DNA of 64,000 nt from Yuukianura sp. NJ FZ-2021 (taxonomy: Eukaryota): the NCBI GenBank assembly GCA_046563655.1, contig CM102286.1, positions 15,128,001-15,192,000 of the forward strand, written 5' to 3'. Positions 39,393 to 52,069 of this stretch are shown piece by piece. The notes under the pieces are model-generated. The model searched no databases. It saw only the letters and a list, made by a program, of their open reading frames with translations, and was not told the DNA's origin. The translations under genes were made by a program, and so were the position numbers. The stretch's first letter is position 1. Each line of letters opens with the position of its first letter.

Positions 39393-40330
39393 CATAGATG
39401 GGCATCCTCAAAGAGGACGTCCTCAAATCCTCTATCCTCAATCGATTCCCGATCCTCAAGTACTCTTCTCCTCTATCCTCACTCGATTTCTAGTCCTCAA
39501 ATCTTCAAAACCTCATCCTCATTGGTATCCCAATCCTTAAAACCTCAAATCCTCTATCCTCAATCCCAATAATGTCCTCAAATCCTTAAACCTCTATCCT
39601 CAATTAAGTGAAAATAACTATATATAAAGTTTGCTTCACCAAGTCAATTTTATTTCAGACTAATATTCAATTTAATTAACCTAACCTAACATCGTCAGGA
39701 ACACCACCAGTAACTTTCTTGTAACGTAGACGGTTGATAACTTTTGCAGATGACGAAGATTCGATTTCTCGTACTTCCTTGTCATTAATCACGACAGGAC
39801 CAAACTCGAGTGTTGCCTGTTTTAAGTTCGACGACACGTTGTTCACTAACTAATTTAAATTAGATACACACCACTTCGGACTATACTATTGGCAGTGGCA
39901 GGCTGCCATTTATTCTTTTGCCACTGGCAGCTGATGATACAAAAGAATAATAGTGAAGAGAAGAAATAGGATCAAAGCTCATGCTCAACTTTGAAACAGC
40001 CGCGGTTGTTAGCGGGAGGCGGGAGTCTGGGGATGTCTCATTTGACTCAATTTGCTAGGAATTGCGAAATTGAGGAGTGCTCAAATACTCAATCCTCAGG
40101 TAAATTTGAATCCTCAACTACTCTAATCCTCTATCCTCACTTCATACTGTATCCTTAAATACTCAAAACCTCTATCCTCATTCAAAGTCCATCCTCAAAA
40201 CTTCAATCCTCTATACTCTTCCCGGCCATCGGTCCTCAAATCCTCTATACTCAATCCTCATCCAAAATCGTGTCCTCTTTGAGGATTTCGTCCTCTTTGA
40301 GGATTTTTTGAGTGAGGACGCCCATCTATG
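39393..40330. mobile_element. hAT- or P-type non-autonomous element
   Basis: TIRs CATAGATGGGC / GCCCATCTATG; 8-bp TSD TATGTGTG (39385-39392, 40331-40338); many subterminal ATCCTCA motifs. Confidence 0.88.
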
Positions 40331-41494
40331 TATGTGTGAATGTTCTGACGTGAAAGATGAGCCCTGTAGCACTCTCCGTTCCAGAGTTATGAATTTTCAA
40401 AGTTTTCAAAAAAATAAATTTCTGAACTTTTTTTTCCAAAATTTTGGGTAGAGTTTTTAATTTTTTATAAAATTCTACATCCTTTTCCGAGTTCAGAACC
40501 GTCAAATTTACCTTTCTACCACGTTCGGTTCTCAAGTTATGAATTTTCAAAAAATTTGAATTTTTTTTAAAATTTTGAAAAATTTCAAAAATTCATAACT
40601 CCGGAATGAAAAGTGATAGAGAGGTAAACTCGACGGTTCTGAACTCGCAAAGTTATGAAGAATTTTATAAAAAATTAAAAAAACCACCCAAAATTTTGAC
40701 CAAATTTCGAAAAAATTGAAGGCTATAGCCTAAGGATTTTTTTTGGCCGAAAACTTTTTTGTTCGTTTTCGGCCCTTTTATAATTTCTAAAAATTCTTCA
40801 TATGTGTAAATGTTCTGACGTGAAAGATGAGCCCTGTAGCACTCTCCGTTCCAGAGTTATGAATTTTCAAAGTTTTCAAAAAAATAAATTTTTGAACTTT
40901 TTTTTTTCAAAATTTTGGGTAGGATTTTTAATTTTTTATAAAATTCTACATCCTTTTCCGAGTTCAGAACCGTCAAATTTACCTTTCTACCACGTTCGGT
41001 TCTCAAGTTATGAATTTTCAAAAAATTTGATTTTTTTTTTAAATTTTGAAAAATTTCAAAAATTCATAACTCCGGAATGAAAAGTGATAGAGAGGTAAAC
41101 TCGACGGTTCTGAACTCGCCTAACCTGTCCATGGTTTTTTTCAAAATTTGACGGAAAACTTGATGTTCGATTTTGGAGTTTTCAAAATTTGTAAAAATTC
41201 AACATATTAGTTGAAACTTATTAGTTAGGGGAACGGACCAATTTCCATTCTGTAACGAAACATCAGCCAGCATGTTACTTCATCAAAAGAGTTAAGATGT
41301 TACTACTCAAAAGTTTCTTATTATACAATGAAAACTCAATAATTTTTTTTTAACTAAAGTTATTGTATAAATTATTATTATAATTAATATTCTATAAATT
41401 CAATAAATTATTCTATAATTCACTGTCATCTATATTGTTTTCCCAATACCAAATAATAAACTTAAGTAAATTCTACACTACTGCTTTAGAATAT

Positions 41495-44400
41495 TTAAAC
41501 TTCTACTCCAACACGTAAAATTGCTTCTTCATTCCCACTGTTTGAAGGTTTCTGAAAGAATTGTGCGTAAAACTCTGGACAGGACTTTGATTGCGGATAT
41601 TTGTTTAGGATTTCCTGAATTTTAAGCTTACGACGAACATGAGGTGGTTGGAAACTGAAACACAAAATCATAATTGAAACCAGGAAACCGTAATCAACTT
41701 TTCAAACCCGTTCCTTCCGAGTTAATACCTGTCATTCTCCAGTCGTTTTCTGCGTGCCATGTTAAGCGCTGTTTGTCGCACGAGATTCCCCAGGACTCGT
41801 CTACTCACTATCATGCCGTCGATGAGGGGTGTGGCCAATCCCATTCTGAGATTCACAAATTCAATTAGAACATTTACGTCAAGACCCAGTACTCAGATTC
41901 TTTATATCTTGAAACTTGCCTTAGAGATTCTCCAATCAAATGTATACGAAACAATCCATTACGGAGTGCATGAATAAAAACGATAAGCGATGGGTCAGCG
42001 ACAACTGTTTCAGTTGTTTCCAAGTCAGTACATGTGCAGGATGCCAATTCACCTAGTCAACAAATATTTTACGCTTTTATTCCTTTCAGAAGAAATAGAA
42101 GAAGAAGTTTAGTAATATTTAGTCTCACCAGTAGGGAAAGTGAATGAATCTTCGTAGCTTTCCAGCCATACGACGAATATCTTTGCATCACACGGTTTGA
42201 GCGTCTGCGGTTTCTTTCCCTTGGATCCTTCTTCCCTTAAACCGGAACTCTGCTCCCGAATTTGGAATTCTTTTTCGGACGTTGCGGATTCGAGTGATTT
42301 GGAGTGGAGGAATGGAACTGGATGTGAATCCGCCAGTCGACCCCTGTCCAGTGACCCTGACAATGGGGCAGACTCACTCATCCCAGCCATGTTCCAAAGC
42401 GTCTTCGTAGTTTCACTCCCGTTCCTAGTCGTTGGTACCACAAACGCAATTTCTGACGTAACATCAGCCCAGTGTAGAACATGAGTCTCTCCACTGTAAA
42501 GGGAACCACCATGAATATCGAAAGTTACACCACCTTCCTTAGTGTGCGCATTGCTCTTTTTCAGCGAATCTCCGCCGGGAGAGGCCAAATTCCAGCTGGT
42601 TCTAGCGTTTCCAGTCCATCCAGAATGCCCTGCCACTCTGACGGGCCAACCGAGTGACAAAAGAAATTCTAAAAAGTGTGGATGCGTCGTAGCTTTGGAT
42701 TCCTGAAAACATCAAATAGCACTTTGGAGCTTTATGTCTGTGAAATAAGAAGCATAAAAACAAAAAGAGAAGTGACTTACGACATTTGACAAAATGTCCA
42801 CTGGATTTCTTTGACCAGCACGGACATAAAAGACATGAACGGTGTCAAATGTTCGACAACTGGTGGAATCCAATGCGTTGAGTTCATTTCCGAAACCTGG
42901 ATGCCTTGAGTCAATCGGTACTAACTTCTGAGGACTTCCTATATGCTCTAAGCGACTCTACACAGAAAGAAATCATCAGCGTTTTTACACTTAAAATTCC
43001 CGTATTGTTTAAAGAGTAAAACATAATTTAAAAGATGCTTTACTTGTGATGAAATGAGACCAAGGTGGGAAAGTAACAGCCTGGCTGTTTGAAAACTTTG
43101 AGAGATTGGTGGTGGTTGGCATTCTGTTTGCAGATTTCCCAAATTCAACTCTTTCTTCTCCATTAATTTACTTGCCAGTTTATTTTCTTCTTGGATTTGA
43201 TTCTCCAGTAGTACTGAAAGACGGCTTTCTTCATAAGCGTCGGCCCCTGGCAAATTCGCCGCAAGGGCTTCCAACGTCGGAATAGCCTTGTCACTAAATC
43301 CAATCACAGGAAAATTATTAAATTAGGTAGGACATTGTTTGGAGAAAATGGACTTCGATCGCATTTTAAACTTACGCTCTGCATTCAATAATTCTGTCAA
43401 CACTCTCCGGAAAGTATCTGTGCTCGACTTCATTGTAAATTCCAACGTCATTCATGGGAAGAGGTCTACCAGGGTTTTCAGAATTGGAACTGAATGATTT
43501 CTCCTTGCATTTCGGCATGTGTCGCAGTTGAAGGTTCCAAGCGTGACGACCAGTTGGACATCTCAAAATGGCAGACACACTTGGTTGGGGATCTTAAATG
43601 AAAACAACATTAGTTAATTTCGAGTTTTAGCATTTGTATTTAGTTATGTATGGAGACTCTCACCTTGTCGGTTTTCTAGTGGGTCTTCTAGTAATCCCAC
43701 CAAAATGGAATTGTCGATAACAAAATAGCGAAAATGATGCAAAACTTCGTCTCGGCTCAACTCCCTCTGCCCCACATCTTTCAGTTGATTCAGCAAAGTT
43801 AATTCGTCCACCAGTGAAGATGAGGCAAGTCGATTACTACCGCCTAGAACTGTTGAAACTCTTCCAACCTATTAAAAATACATCGGTTTAAAACATGAAG
43901 CTTGGACAAATCAACCATTTTCAACAATAAGATCTTTTGTAGTGTAGTTGAATTATAAGTTTTACCTGTTCAAAAATTGTTGCCAGTAGTGCTTCGGCAG
44001 CATCACGTACTCTCAGAGACACGGGCTTCAACTCCTTTTGATCCTTTAACTTCACAGCTTCTCCAGGTTTTCCCTAAAAAGCAATAAAACAGGAAGCGGT
44101 TAATGGCTAAGGTAAGGATCTCATTCTCATCATCAAACTGTGTTGGTGAATGAAACAACCTGTGATTTCATTCCAGAGATTCCATATTCCACAACCTCCA
44201 ACACTGTGCAAAGTGAATCTTTGTCTTCAATCAGATATGGATGCTCAAGAAGCCAAGTTGTGACGCATTGGAAGGCGGCCACGATGCTGGAGTGAAGGTC
44301 CTTCGAATGAGCTGGCGGTGGACGAGAACATTGATGAATTATAAAATCACAAATCCATTTGACAGCTCTTCTGCACTCCAAAGGATCTAAATCAATTTGA

Positions 44401-47400
44401 ATTCAAAGCCTTAGTCAAGTTCCACAAAGTTTGAAAATTGGTTGACCAGAAAGAAGTATACCTTGATCGTGAACTTTGGTTCTGGCCAAAGCACTCAGAA
44501 GTTCCAGTGCTGCTAGTGACACTGGTAAGTCCGCCTTCCATGTCGAAATGAGGCGATGACAAACGAGGTACGTCGTTCTCACAAAGAGCGCGTGGGCAGT
44601 ATCTGTTCAGTTTTGAAAAAATTAAACATTTCCCCTCCTTTGCAAAGCAAGTTATGACTTCCAAAAAAAAATAGCAAGTTTGCGAAAAAGCAACAAATAA
44701 AAGTTAAATTGTTTGTACCAAATTGTCCATCCCATAACTCAGAAGTGAAGTTCATGTGCTCATCAAAGCTATTACTGTATTCGCTAGCACTCCTCGTGCT
44801 AGTATTTTCTAAAAAGAAAGATCAAACAAAAACAAGGACAAAATAACAGAAGCATGGAATGGTTTTAACATAAACATAAACAACACAATATTTGGAAAAT
44901 GGCAGACTTCACTGGAGCATAAGGCAGAAGGCACATTATGCCATTCCTTTCATCCTCAGAATCGTCTCAATTAAATTTTTAGAACATGAACATTGGTTTA
45001 CCTGAAGACAATAAATTCGTTGGAGATTCCATTCCCAAACTGAGACTTGCCTTGTCTGTTTCTTCGTACGTCGCAGTATCAATCACAAACAGAATTAATC
45101 CACCCAAAAGCATTTGGATGTTCATGGAATCCGTTTCCACTTGGAGTGTGCTGATGAGCAAATTGGCAAGTTTCGGTTTCAATTGCAAGAATGTGACGCC
45201 TGGAGTATTTCGTTCAGCCATGTCCTTGATTGCCAAATTCTAAAAGAAAAAGACAAATACAGCTCTGTTAGAAACAAACGTTGTAACGTAGAGTGTAATG
45301 ACCGAATGAATACAAAACTTACCATGAAGTGAAGTGGCAATGGGATCATTGACAACAGAAGTTGAATACCGGATCGCCTCAAGTCTCGTCTTGAAACTTC
45401 CTTATTCGGTAATACTGTTTCCAATGCGGAAATGACATTTGGTATAAGCATTGAGACACCATCCAAGTCAACACGCAAAAGGTTCCAGGAATTGGATAAA
45501 ATTGAATTTACAACTTCACTCCGAGGATCCTGTATATAAAACAGCAATGAAAAAAAGTGTCAAAAGCTAACAAACTTTGTTTTAAAAGTTATGAATCATT
45601 ACTTTAAGTCCTTTTCGAATTGTGATGTAAAAGCGAGCGATGTAGGCCGGTAGAATTTCCTCGCCAGTTTTTTTGGAGCAGAAGATTCTGCATAGAATTC
45701 CTAGAGCTTCTGCTCTGCCTTGGAAATACTTTTCCATTGTGATTGCTTGTGGAATGTCAACACTCTCAGGCAGAGCAACAGGAACGGACCCTCGTGACGT
45801 TCGTCTCGATTCAGCTGATTTAAAACCAAAAATATAAAAATATAAAGCCAGTAAATAGTAAAATCATGAAACAAAGAAGAATCTTACCTCCGAAATTTGC
45901 ATTGGAAGAAGCGAGAGCTGCGTCAAAAAGCCAAGGTCCAAAAAGGTGGAGAATACTGTTGATTTTTGGGCGAGCAGCGGCTGGTATTTGTTGTGACTGT
46001 GGCGGAAGGGATTCCAAAATTGTAAGGGAAGAAGTACTGGAAGTGCTGTTTCCACTTGCATGAGACTGCGTAGGTGTCGTCTGATGGGATTGGTTATGTT
46101 CCTTGGATTTACCACTGGCAAGGCTTAGAATTGATGTCCTTGGAAGACCTGTTCAATGAAAATGAAATCAATCAGTTTGTGGCATTCAAGTTCTCTCTTT
46201 CCACAAAACTGTTATACATTTCAATTTCCAACCAATACCGCATAATTAATTGGCGAACATAAACTAAAAGTGAATTCCCCGAAATCATAAAAGATGGAAA
46301 AGTTATTGGCGAGATAGCATGGAAAATGATAATATGAAATAGTTATGAGATTATGTAACTTGTAAAGCAGAAAATGAAAAGAAAGAAAGCAAGAACATTG
46401 TTAATTTGTTAGAAGCGACACAAAGACGGACAAAGATGAAGTACCCTTATATACGTTTGAAGGGGAGACGGCAACGCTAAAACTTTTTGCAAGCCTTCTC
46501 ATGGGAGGTATTGGACTCGGAATAATTGCTGGTGGAGAAGAGTGATCGAAAACAGAGTCGGAACTGGATGACAGATCCAGAAGATGCTGAGAAACAGATG
46601 AGATTCCTAAGAATCACCAATTAATCATCTCTGACATCATTCAAGTTGACTAACGCAAACATCGGCATCCTACCGTTTCCTTTGTACTTGTAGTAAAATG
46701 TACAACAAAAGACTTACCAAGAAAAGCGTCTACCACACCAGAGATTCCAGACATGGCGGAATGAAAAATGGACGGAAGAATTGAGAGTGTTGGATGCTGG
46801 CAGGGATCGACCACGTCCGTGGATGCAATTGCGTACTATAAAACAAAACAATGAAATTATATGCAATTATGCCAAATATATAAAAGATAACGTTCAGTTA
46901 AGATCATTCTAACCTGGAGGAAGCTTTGTGTTTGGCTTATGATGGTTGGTTGAGTCAGTTCCACTGGATTTCCAACGCAGTGTAGAAATCGAAACCAAGT
47001 TTGGACAACGGCATCATTTGACATGTCTTCCGGAACGAGTTCACTGTCATTCTTGTCCAGTTGGATGTAGTCAACTCCATACATGATTCTTAGAACCCTG
47101 CGAGCCAGAATTAAGTTGATACGGTTCCATTGTTCAAATAAGTTTGGACGATGTCTCCATGCTTGACAGGATTCTCGCAGAGTTTTCCACAAAGACGGAG
47201 ATGGGAAGCATTTGCCACATGACAGAAGCCATACCTCAAACAGAACGCTCAGAACACGCTCACACAATTGATCTCCAATTTCTGAAGTGGGCGGTGACAG
47301 AATTGCGTCACTGATTGAGATTAGAAACAAGAGAGCACATTCCCAAGTCTCAGAGTCCAGAATTTGGGATGTCTTCATTGTGGTTTGAAGAGTTCGAAGT

Positions 47401-48109
47401 ACACGGTGACAGAGAACGGCTTGACGATTAATCGTATCCTGACCTGAAAACAAATTACACAAAGATCACTAAACTTTTTATAACTTTAAGTCGTGTTTTA
47501 CGATGTTACCCAATTCCTCTTGGTATAAAAACGGCCAGACTTAGCAGCACAAAATAATCAACAACATTTGGTCCAAGATCATGAACACCCAAATCAGCTG
47601 TTTCGTACCAAAAAGTTAAAAAATGTTATCCCCCTTACCTTCCCCCTTCCTGGGTGTGAATAAATGATAGAGATGGTTGATCATCTTGCGAGCAAAGTAG
47701 TTTGGCCGTTCAATGATGGGTTTTGGGACGGAGATTTTTGGATTTGGTGACAGACAAGACAGCCATTCGCAGTAGATGTTGACACAGTCCTTGATAACAT
47801 CATGCTCCGATAACTGCAAACTAAGACCATAGCAGACAACCTATAATTCAGAGACACGACTGTAAATTTTGTACTGTAAATTGATTACTAACTGCTTATG
47901 AGATGACTCACCTGTAGACACCATTCTACTTCTGGATCCGTTGCAAATGGACTTGGGATAGGTGCTTGAGAAATGCCGAGTGTAGACACAATATGGCGAG
48001 CAACTGGCACAACGACGTCTTTGGCAGAGTCCAGCGGTAGCCTCTCCAGCACAGATAGTCTATCACTCCCATCTTCGTTCCCAATGAGAGATACCCAATC
48101 GCCATACAT
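41495..48109 (-). CDS. RALGAPB: Ral GTPase-activating protein subunit beta
   Basis: MYGDWVSL N-terminus, [55 protein letters not shown]-terminal [14 protein letters not shown] possible 7-codon upstream exon lies at 48200-48220. Confidence 0.92.
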
Positions 48110-48813
48110 GTTCTTCTATTCCTGGTAAAACGAATTAATGTATTATCAATCAGCACTACTCGAGTAATTACAACGCAAATTAACTAAAGCACCACTTACT
48201 TTGCCAGTGGTACGAGCCATGTACTTCAGAATAACAATCTTTTATTCGATTAACGACTAACCAGTTGTCCGGATGTGTTGATGCACATCAGCACATCTGT
48301 TTCCCTTACTAAAAAAAAACAAACCGGTTTTAGAGGCAGTTTCTGTCAACCCTACTAGCACCCATCTCTAGCAGATGGGCATCACAAAAATATTTAACGT
48401 CCAATAAATTATTTAACAATAAAAACTAACATTACTAAAAACAATTTGTGTAAATTGTAAGAAATAGAAATTAATAGTAATGTTAAGAGTAATTAATTAA
48501 AAATTAGCATCAACATACTTGGAAACAATAATACAATAACATTACTTACTGTAAAATTAAGCAAAATATCTCACCAATAAACTAATTTGCAAAACTAATT
48601 GTTACAAAAATACATGAAAAATGGGATGAAAACATGGATGTTTTTTTTTTAATTTGCGGGAAATGAAATAATGGTATAAGGTAAGGGAAATGATATTTGA
48701 GTGTGAATAAGTGTCATGGCCATTCCGTTGTTGAATGCAGCGTAGAAGCAAGTCGTACCGATGTTGAGATCAGAATGTGGAGAAAGTCAATGTCAACCCC
48801 AAATGTGGTTTTT

Positions 48814-49485
48814 TCAGCAGCATCCGCCAGGTTCTACAAATAAGATAAAATTAACCATTAATCCTGGATTGCTAAATTAAATTGTAAGAAAGCAAGAATT
48901 TACTTGAAGCAAAACCGCAAATGTGGAGAGGAACCCGCATTGGACATGGAGCGCATTCGTAGGGATCAGCACAAATAATTGCGTTGAGCGTATACGGTTG
49001 ACTGCAACATGGAGGAGGCTGCAAGAAATGAAACGAGTCAATCAACAAAGGAAAGAAGCAAAGGTCAAAGTCTTGAGGTCAGTGACTACACTTACACAAA
49101 CTCTCGGAATCTTGCCACCAGATCCCCGACAGCAAGGTGACTAATGAACCAAGAAACATTATTAGACTAACCACTAAGCTTCAGAAACATTGGACTTGAG
49201 TTACTTACACATCGTGGATAGCATGGAGGAGGACTACCGAAAAAAAAAATAAAAACAAATTAAATTAAGTGGCATTCCTAAATCTAAAGGCATTTAATTG
49301 AAGTGTTTGGATTTTCACTCACCACATGCATGGATTGCAACAATTTCCAGATCCAGAACTCATAGAACCGCCATTTCCACCGCACTGCACATCAACAGTA
49401 ACAGATCAAATCGAGGTCACATCAAAATATTGAACAAAACGAAAGGAAAACGAAATGAGAAACTTACGCTTCCGCCTCCGCACAT
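48814..49485 (-). CDS. 94-aa Cys/Pro/Gly-rich protein encoded by six small exons (not in the ORF track)
   Basis: Exons 49485-49468, ~49385-49324, ~49233-49209, ~49140-49096, 49018-48904, 48833-48814, all GT-AG and phase-compatible: MCGGGSCGGNGGSMSSGSGNCCNPCMCPPPCYPRCSPCCRGSGGKIPRVCPPPCCSQPYTLNAIICADPYECAPCPMRVPLHICGFASKPGGCC*. Confidence 0.8.
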
Positions 49486-49654
49486 GATGATGAACCGAAA
49501 GGTAAAGATGTATTGATGAGATTGAAGAAGTAGGAATGAAGAATCGGAGCAGGAACTGGAAGACGGATTTAAATTTGGAATTTAGAGGTCAAGTGAGTCC
49601 ACTCTGCCTTCTGCTATAATGCAGGAGATGTTCACACCACAAAGGACAGAAGTG

Positions 49655-49693
49655 AACTGAAGGGTCGCGAGCCGTTTTGCACCTGCTTTTATA
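49655..49693 (-). promoter_or_regulatory. Candidate TATA box plus arthropod initiator for the Cys-rich gene
   Basis: On the minus strand, TATAAAA (49693-49687) lies ~35 nt upstream of TCAGTT (49660-49655). Confidence 0.55.
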
Positions 49694-50099
49694 GGAAAGT
49701 GCGGACCGCCGAGCCAACAACCTACTTTTGCTTTCTAAAAAAGTCTCACTTTGCCCCAATTCGTCACAATAGAAAAATGTCAAATTCTACTCCTTTGCTC
49801 TCCAACTAAGAAAAAAATTGTTTTCTAGTACAATTCTCATCTAAAAATATTATAAAAACTGTAATTACTAATTAATCTAATTAATTGATTAAATTGTTAA
49901 TTAAGTAGTCAATTACTTTTTCAAATCAACCACCACCAACTCGCGGCAAGTTAACGATTGATTTTAGCAACTTTTGGTTAAGAAAGCAGATGAAGAAGTT
50001 TAATGGTAATCAAAAGTTAATCAGTTGCTTAAAAAATGTGAAAAGTATCAAAAATCAAAAGAATAACAAATAAAAAGAATAGAAAGACAAAACATAACA

Positions 50100-51283
50100 C
50101 TAATAGCAGAGCTGAAGAAAATAACCAGGTGAGTAATTGTACGTGTAGACTCGTCCTTGACCTCCAGTGTATTTTCGGAAGAATGCTTTCCCATCTTCTG
50201 ATGGTTCCAAAATACCCAATTGATTCCTGGTTACAATACATCCTGGAATTCCACTGTGAAAACGAACCATGTCCACCAAGCGCGAAGCAATTTGCTTCCG
50301 ACGGAAGTTTTCATCAGTCCAAAGCCGTGTCACCCCAACCAAAATCTTCTGGTCCTCATTGACTCTGTCGCCATCAACACTTTCTAACGGATCAAGTCTC
50401 GACACGAGAACTTCTTTCTCATCAATGATCTCCATTCTGGCACAACCTACAACAAACACCAATCATAAACAACATCATTCCAAATCTAATGCAGTTTCAT
50501 CTCCAATTCGAAAGTTACCAAGAACTCTGACTTGATTCTTCCTCTTGGCAGGTAAAACGTAGAGGAAAAATCGATTCTGATCTGAGTCGGCCTGCGACCC
50601 ATTACCGCCTCCAACTTCCGAATCCACCCAAGCGCAGAAATCCTTCAACCGACTCCGTCCAGTCTTTTTTTCAGTGTCTTTATCAACGAGAATGACCATC
50701 CCACCGTCAACGAAATTATGAAGGATATTCACATCTTTCCAGAGCTAAATCAAACCACAAAATAACCAAGTTCAAGTTTCAATAAAATGACTTCCGATTG
50801 TAGTTACACATTGCCATTTGCTTACAGTAATCGTGTGTAGATTAGACAGACGACGGTGTGCCTTCTGATGCTCAAGTTCATCCTCAGCATCCCCTGGAGA
50901 GTAGAGCAGACCACAATCGGTGCAAATTCTTGGACCCACTTCCTTTTGTCCAGCATCCAACACCATCTGCGTCAACCCTGCATGTCACAAAATTAAAATC
51001 AATACAACAGCTAACTTAAAATAACATATCTTTCGTTTAGATTTGATACTGTACCTCCAGTTTCTCTCTTGCCAAGAAGGGATTTCTTAAGTCTTTTTGG
51101 TGAGTGTTTCCTTGCATCAGCGAGATCAATCTGGAGATTCTTGAGTGGATTGGGAGGTGGTGGCTTGAAGTTCTTTTGAAAAATCGGGAATAGATTCTGC
51201 TTTTGACCTGGGTCTGTCTTCGTCGGTACCTCCTTGTCCTTCGTTCCCGGTTCCTCTTGCATGTTCACTGGGGATGAACTCAT
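50100..51283 (-). CDS. ESCO/Eco1-family cohesin N-acetyltransferase
   Basis: QMVLDAGQK, C2H2 finger CTDCGLLYSPGDAEDELEHQKAH, GNAT motifs VVGC and GVTRLWT...RRKQIASRLVD, and PSEDGKAF. Confidence 0.88.
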
Positions 51284-51410
51284 CTTCAGTCTTAATCTCC
51301 AATTTACTCACTTTATAACTTAAACCCTAATCACTGATTAATAACCAGTGAGAAATGATTAATCAAGCAGAAAACGAAGAACGTAAATGTCAAGGTACAA
51401 AATAAAATTA

Positions 51411-51644
51411 CAGTAGAGTTTCCCACTTATGCCATTTGCCAAATACAAAACAAAATACAATTGAACTACACTGGGGTTAGACAATTACATGAGTCTGCGG
51501 TCAAATTGTCATTGGCAATTCCTCCATTTGCCATTTGGCGTTTCATTTTGCCACTTTACCGCCAATGTACGGATACGAGTTTTGTAGTTCTCAATTGTAT
51601 TTTGTTTTGTATTTGGCAAATGGCATAAGTGGGAAACTCTACTG
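51411..51644. mobile_element. 234-bp Tc1/mariner/pogo-type MITE, copy 1
   Basis: TA|CAGTAGAGTTTCCCACTTATGCCATTTGCCAAATAC...GTATTTGGCAAATGGCATAAGTGGGAAACTCTACTG|TA. Confidence 0.92.
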
Positions 51645-52069
51645 TAGTATGAAAACAAACAACAAAAGAAAGATGTGATCAGCAGGTAGAAAAACCTGGA
51701 AGGAATCGGGGAGCGGGAAGCAATTGTAGAATTGTAATTGCAAAATATAAAACCTATTGGCATTTGCTGTTGCAATTCGAGTGCCCTCCTAATTACTAAT
51801 TACTTTTAGCCTTAGCAATTAACCTGACGTAGGAAATAATTAAAATAGGCAAAGTAAGTAAAATAAAATGGACCTATCATTGATTTTACACACGATGAAG
51901 GTTAAAAAAATCAAAAGAAACCAATTTTGTAATTCTGCAAAAGCATTACAAATTACAAATGACTTTTGAAATGCAAATTGGCAAATGCCTTTTATTTGCC
52001 GCGCTTGATGTTTTCAAAAAGATTGGCGTCCATACACTCTTATGAAGACGAAATAAGATTGAAACAATA

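Larger units (their letters stand above)
38059..41200. mobile_element. Host AT-rich repeat element interrupted by two nested insertions, with an internal ~470-bp tandem duplication
   Basis: The uninterrupted site ggcccttttataatttctaaaaattcttcatatgtg at 40771-40806 shows that 38059-38333, 39362-39392 and 40331-41200 are one continuous sequence. 40331-40650 is repeated at 40801-41120. Confidence 0.8.

Noticed and set aside
38097..41080. ORFs of 60-137 aa in the transposon nest
   Set aside because: They lie in non-autonomous TE sequence and show no transposase motifs or exon structure.
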